From assembly GCF_000150275.1 (NCBI RefSeq), contig NW_002060943.1, positions 11,904,878 through 11,968,877 on the forward strand: a DNA stretch of 64,000 nucleotides. Reading direction: 5' to 3'. The position numbers and the translations under genes are program-made. Of this stretch, positions 52,401 through 64,000 are shown piece by piece; positions within the stretch are counted from its first letter, which is position 1; each line of letters starts with the position of its first letter. Source of the DNA: Trichoplax adhaerens. Its lineage: Eukaryota > Animalia > Placozoa. The notes under the pieces are model-generated. The model was not told the DNA's origin. It did not search any database and saw nothing but the letters and a program-made list of their open reading frames with translations.

Positions 52401-53451
52401 ATACGCCCGTGCAAATGTAAACACTCAAAGTCCTTACCTTACATCCAACTGAAGTAATCACTATTTACGATATCATTTGGTAGTAGACAGCCCAACAGCT
52501 TGGTCACTAAATATGGATAGTAACTCACTAATAAACTACAGAATCTTCTTATAACTTATCCGATATGAAGGTATCGTGAGTGCCGAGGCTATCAAGAGTG
52601 CTATCAATATTGATTGTGATCGATGTTTGTATTAAAAGCAACACTGATCTATTCATAAATTCTTCTTGTTTGATCTATCATCGTTACCCTACGGCAAACG
52701 ATGTGTCATCCTTATCAACCTTTAAGCTGTCCATTATAAACTCAATATCAACTAGTCGAATGACGAATGTTAATCAAGATAAAAAAGATAGCTAACAATA
52801 GACTGAACAAGGGATCCAATCTATCAATACAATAGGTGAATAATAGTGTTATTATATTATGATATGTACAAATCAAACACTCATTATCATACGCTACTTA
52901 GATAAGAGAATTTGCTATAAGTGATATGATAACTCTTTTTCTGATGGCTTTGTTGAGTTAACGCGGATAGAATAGACTGAGTTAGGGTGTACGATACTGA
53001 CTTCAGTGAATTCATTTCATCGCTTAATCCAATGTTATGATCTGGTTATAAAGTAAAAAGAATCACTAAATTTTTTCATGGATGGTTGAATCCTTTGATA
53101 GATAAAAAACTGTTGAGCAAAGCAGTTGTTTTCGTAGTTTAAGATTTATACTTACTATATAGTTAATCTTCGTATTCGATTTTACCTGTTTTGCTTTATA
53201 TGGCTGTTTGAGATGATCGATAGCGATTGAAAAAACGTGAAAATTGTTTTCAGTTTTACTAATTTGGCAATTAAAATAACAATTTGTGTCGATTAAAGCT
53301 GCTTTTCAACTCAGATTGAAGAAGATCAGAACTACTGTTGAATCACGAATATTTTACGTTAATAGCATTTTCTTTCAACTTATCCATTTGAATTTGAACT
53401 GTAACATTAACCTCACGATAAGCGATCAAATAGACCGATGAAACTGGTCCA

Positions 53452-60176
<6,725 letters not shown>

Positions 60177-60233
60177 AGGGATCTAGTTGATCTTTGTGCC
60201 ATAATACTTAATCTAACTCAGTGTAAAGTCATT

Positions 60234-60460
60234 GGAGCAATTATTCGAGATTGACAAATGAATTTTCGTAGCTAATATCTTCATGATAACTAAAATTTGA
60301 GACGCGGTTGAATATTTTATCGAAGATAATCGAAAGAAGTAAGTTGATATTTGTGCTATAATGTTTAATCCATCCCGATTTAAAGCCGAAGGAACAATTA
60401 TTCAAGATCAACAAATGAACTGTTGTAGCTGATATCTTAATAATGGCTAAAATTATGGAG
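60234..60460. repeat. Diverged direct repeat of about 65 bp (offset 157 bp) in the TTBK 3' UTR
   Basis: GGAGCAATTATTCGAGATTGACAAATGAATTTTCGTAGCTAATATCTT at 60234 versus GGAACAATTATTCAAGATCAACAAATGAACTGTTGTAGCTGATATCTT at 60391. Confidence 0.8.
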
Positions 60461-63400
60461 CCTCTTGACCTAATGGGACTACTAATAAATAATTCTAAGT
60501 GGAATAGTAGCTATAATTGCAGCGGTATATTCTGTTTTAGGTAATTTTTCTACTACTATTTATCTAAGCGACATGATAACGATATTTTGATTGCAAACTT
60601 TCTTGTACCTATTTTATACCGGAATTTATTTGTCGTCTGCTTAGTAAATTACTGTTTGTGTATCTATACTAGATATCGACTTTAGTGTTGTTGCCGCTGA
60701 TTACAGTCAAGTTAGCGTTAAGATCTATCGTAATATCTATAACAATGATAATGTTCATGAATCAGTCTAGTAAGGACTTAGTTTTTTAACTAGCATAAGA
60801 GTATGACTCGATAGTGTAGTAGTTTACGCTACTTTGAGAAGTAGAAGGCACCTAGCTAGTTCACTTTTATTAGGTGGTAACATTATGCCCATGTTAATCT
60901 GTTTCAATTCCGGTAGTTACAGTGGATTATAGGGGATAAGCTGCGCTATCTATCTGTATTGTAGTGATACTAAATTTTCATTAATCGGCGCAGTAACGAT
61001 TTCAATTGCAACAAATATATTGCTATAGCATTCTATTAAAGCCCTTATAGTCAATAACGTTGAGATTTACTTCAGATATTTTGTAAATTTAACTAATCGC
61101 TGTTTATTTACTTTTATTTTGGTCATGATTTTTTAAAAATTAGAACAAATTGCTTTAATCAGTGTCCAAATGCACTATTCGGTACGGTACTGTAGTTTAA
61201 TTTATTCTTGAAGTCAGCTAAGAGTAATTCTTTATCGATATCCTTTTACTGACAATAATTACATTTAATGAAAAATTTATTAATAATAATTTTAAAAGAA
61301 CGATTATTTGGTAGTATTTATGACGGAGTTAAATGTTGGAAATGGTAATACTGTGTTAAATGTTGTAGAAGCTCAAACTTTGAACAATTGAAATTGATTC
61401 TTGATACCAGTAATGGTGTATGACCGTGCTAGATATTGCCGCTACCATGATTTTTAGCTATTCATTAATTATTATTAATAGACACTTTTTTATAATTCTG
61501 GTAAAATAATTTACCATAAAGCCTACTACTGCGATGATTGCAGCATCTGTATTTAAAAAGTTACGGGATTTTGGTTCGGTCTATATACACGAATGAAACT
61601 ACCATTTCTGAAATTTATAATCAAAATGAATAACAGATATAACTATCAAACTTAGATTATTCGTTGAAAAGTCAATCATTTATATCAATGTTTGTGGAGT
61701 AGATTAATTATATATAAAATTTGGTAGTTTCTTTGTATAAAATGATAATATATTATAAATAAGGACGATAAGACGATTGCTTCTTGACGTTGATGGTTTC
61801 ATTTTGGTAAAAAACGTTTTAGAATATTTAAAATAGCTCCTATAATTGGGCTTAGGCGAGATCAAAATTTTAATCATTTAATTAAGATCAATTGTTACTG
61901 TGTTACGCTGAGACAGTCGTATTTTTAAAGTTAAAATTACAAAATGAAATATCTTAAATCTGTACTAAATCTATTGAGCAAGATTTATGCTTACTTGCAG
62001 TCCTGCCTGTGGTTACAAAGCATACAAAATTATTCTAAAGCAATTTATAAAATTTATTTTTATGACCTTCTGTGATTCACGTCAGTATAAGCTGGCAAAA
62101 ACCGTTTTACAATTAATCCAAATATTACTTTTGATAGATATTTTGGACATAAAGCCATAAAACTTAATTTTATATTTCTATCCTATCTTATTTGGTGACA
62201 CTTTGTGACAGATTGAAATATCGGTATGCTGGAATTGATTGCTATTATTGAAAGTGATGGAAATAAGCATAAGACTTAGAAACTCCATTGGGATAAAAAT
62301 CACTTTATTCTGGCTTGACCGAAATCCATGTTCTTGTTACATGCAACAAGTTGCTTATTAATTACAATTAATTAATACCGTACCTATAACTTACATCGAG
62401 ATGCAATATAACATTTAAGCGAATAATAAGGTGCAGAAATCTTAGATAGTATAGTTGTAGTCTTTATACGAATGTTAGAAACATTGGCACGATTTCGAGA
62501 GGATTGTTGCTCGTAATTTGACAAAAATTCTACGTGAATTCAAATTTAAACCCCTTGCTTGTTAGTTTCATATTTTGCGTTACGTAAATTCCATACAAAT
62601 GCCTAAAAATATTGTTATTACCGTATTTATCATTTTACATTTATTCAGAATAAGCTGCTGGATTGTAAAATTTTAACAAGTGGTCTATTCTTGATAATAC
62701 TAAAATGTAGCAAGAAGACGAAAATATCTTAATTTCTGCTTTAGTATTATAATCAGGATTATAGTTTAGTTGGTTGGGTAAATACCCGTATACTAGACTA
62801 CTATATACATTTCACTTTGTTTTAGGTAAAAGAAGGATAGTAGCATCACAGGATTCGTATTAGCCTTCAGCTTAAGTTAATTCGTAATTATATTATTTCT
62901 AGGTTTAGATCCTAATTACTTATTCATCTGCAATAAATTCCATTAATTTAGTTGATTTAAACGTAAAAAGGAAAGATCTACAGTCTGAAGTAAAGCACGC
63001 TATTTATTGCCCTGATAAAGTGGTAAAATAACTGTTATAATGGAATCAAATGCAACGGTAGCCTATATATCGCTTCTTGATTGTTGATAGAATCATTACG
63101 TAAAGTGATTATTAGTTGATGATCAAGCATTATAAGATAATGTTAGAATACATATGCAATCAGCTGATTACAAATTGCAAATAAGGTTTCTTGACAATTC
63201 ACCAGTAAACACTATATTGATATATTACATTTCTTGTATAGATTAAAAGATTTAAAGTTGAAAACTATCAATACGAACAGATTTGTTTATAGTTGATACG
63301 GTTTATAAACAAATACTATTATTATACATTTATTTGGAATAGCTGAATGTAATAGATGTCGTTGGATCAATTTATTAAGGTTGCAATATATTAAATTAAA

Positions 63401-64000
63401 CTACGTATAAGAACTACTAGGATGGCCTGAAGTTTTCTTAAAACTAGAATGTGAGGCTTTAGTAGTACAAAAGAGGTATTTGACCGATGTAAAAAACTGG
63501 GTATGATTAAACATTATTTTATCTTGCTGATCAAATTATTCTGTCAATCAGTTTTCTAAGTAAGTCAAACCAATCAGATAAATTGAACTAGATATTTCAC
63601 TGTTACTAGTTATTATATAACAAATGTTTGCTCTTGTGTATAAAAAGCTTCAACCCTTTTACAATTGCTAGTGGTTAAAGTTGTGAGCATTATGATTTGA
63701 TAAAGGGATAATTGCTCCACCCATTTTTTGCTGTATACTATTTTACTTGTTCTATCGTTCATGAATTTTGAGATACTCTAGATACAGAATATGAACCTAT
63801 GTGTTTGAAGAGTTAATTTAAAGTATAGCCGTATCAATTTGCTACAGTAAATCATTAAATTGCTGATAGTCACTCTGCAGTATGTCTTCACATCACATCT
63901 CTGAAAACACTACAATATTACTATTATAGGTGGAGCATTCCTTCATCTCTTTCATTGATCAATCGAGATTAACAGATTTTAAGCCATTTTGATTATGAAA

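Noticed and set aside
61238-61247. ATATCCTTTT, a perfect U12 donor (similar at about 55184)
   Set aside because: No supporting coding exon or AC acceptor with a branch site; such a motif is expected by chance in 64 kb of AT-rich DNA.
60500-64000. Possible further gene in the last 3.5 kb
   Set aside because: Only isolated splice-like sites; no consistent exon chain or recognisable peptide.

Overview
AT-rich, intron-dense animal genomic DNA. Most introns are about 80-120 nt GT-AG and the proteins are clearly metazoan. Composition and compactness suggest a placozoan (Trichoplax/Hoilungia-like), which is an inference and not proven. It is not prokaryotic, so most of the supplied ORFs are exon fragments or artefacts. 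Splicing by hand gives: the 3' end of an unknown coiled-coil gene (+), ZC2HC1C (-), CINP (-), ZCRB1 (-), XPO5 (+), a mucin-like type I membrane protein (-), ATP6V1D (+), SLC35C1 (-), TTL (+), a PALS1/MPP5-like MAGUK with an extra N-terminal PDZ (-) and TTBK (+). From 13 to 60 kb the genes alternate strictly head-to-head and tail-to-tail, and every divergent promoter carries a palindromic TACAG/CTGTA (GTAC-rich) microsatellite island. The CINP promoter has such an island but no protein-coding partner. In that position lies the most striking unexplained feature: a dense set of + strand RNA helices at about 10.0-10.9 kb (a 130-nt pri-miRNA-like hairpin, many G-U pairs, a GNRA tetraloop), a candidate undescribed structured ncRNA. 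Other points: a U12 AT-AC intron and a GC-AG intron in XPO5, a TIR-bounded element in XPO5 intron 1, an RFX X-box, a recurrent promoter motif, tandem duplications with periods near 103/153/306 bp, and apparent ancient microsynteny with human loci. All folds and alignments were done by eye, and internal exon boundaries may be off by a few nt.
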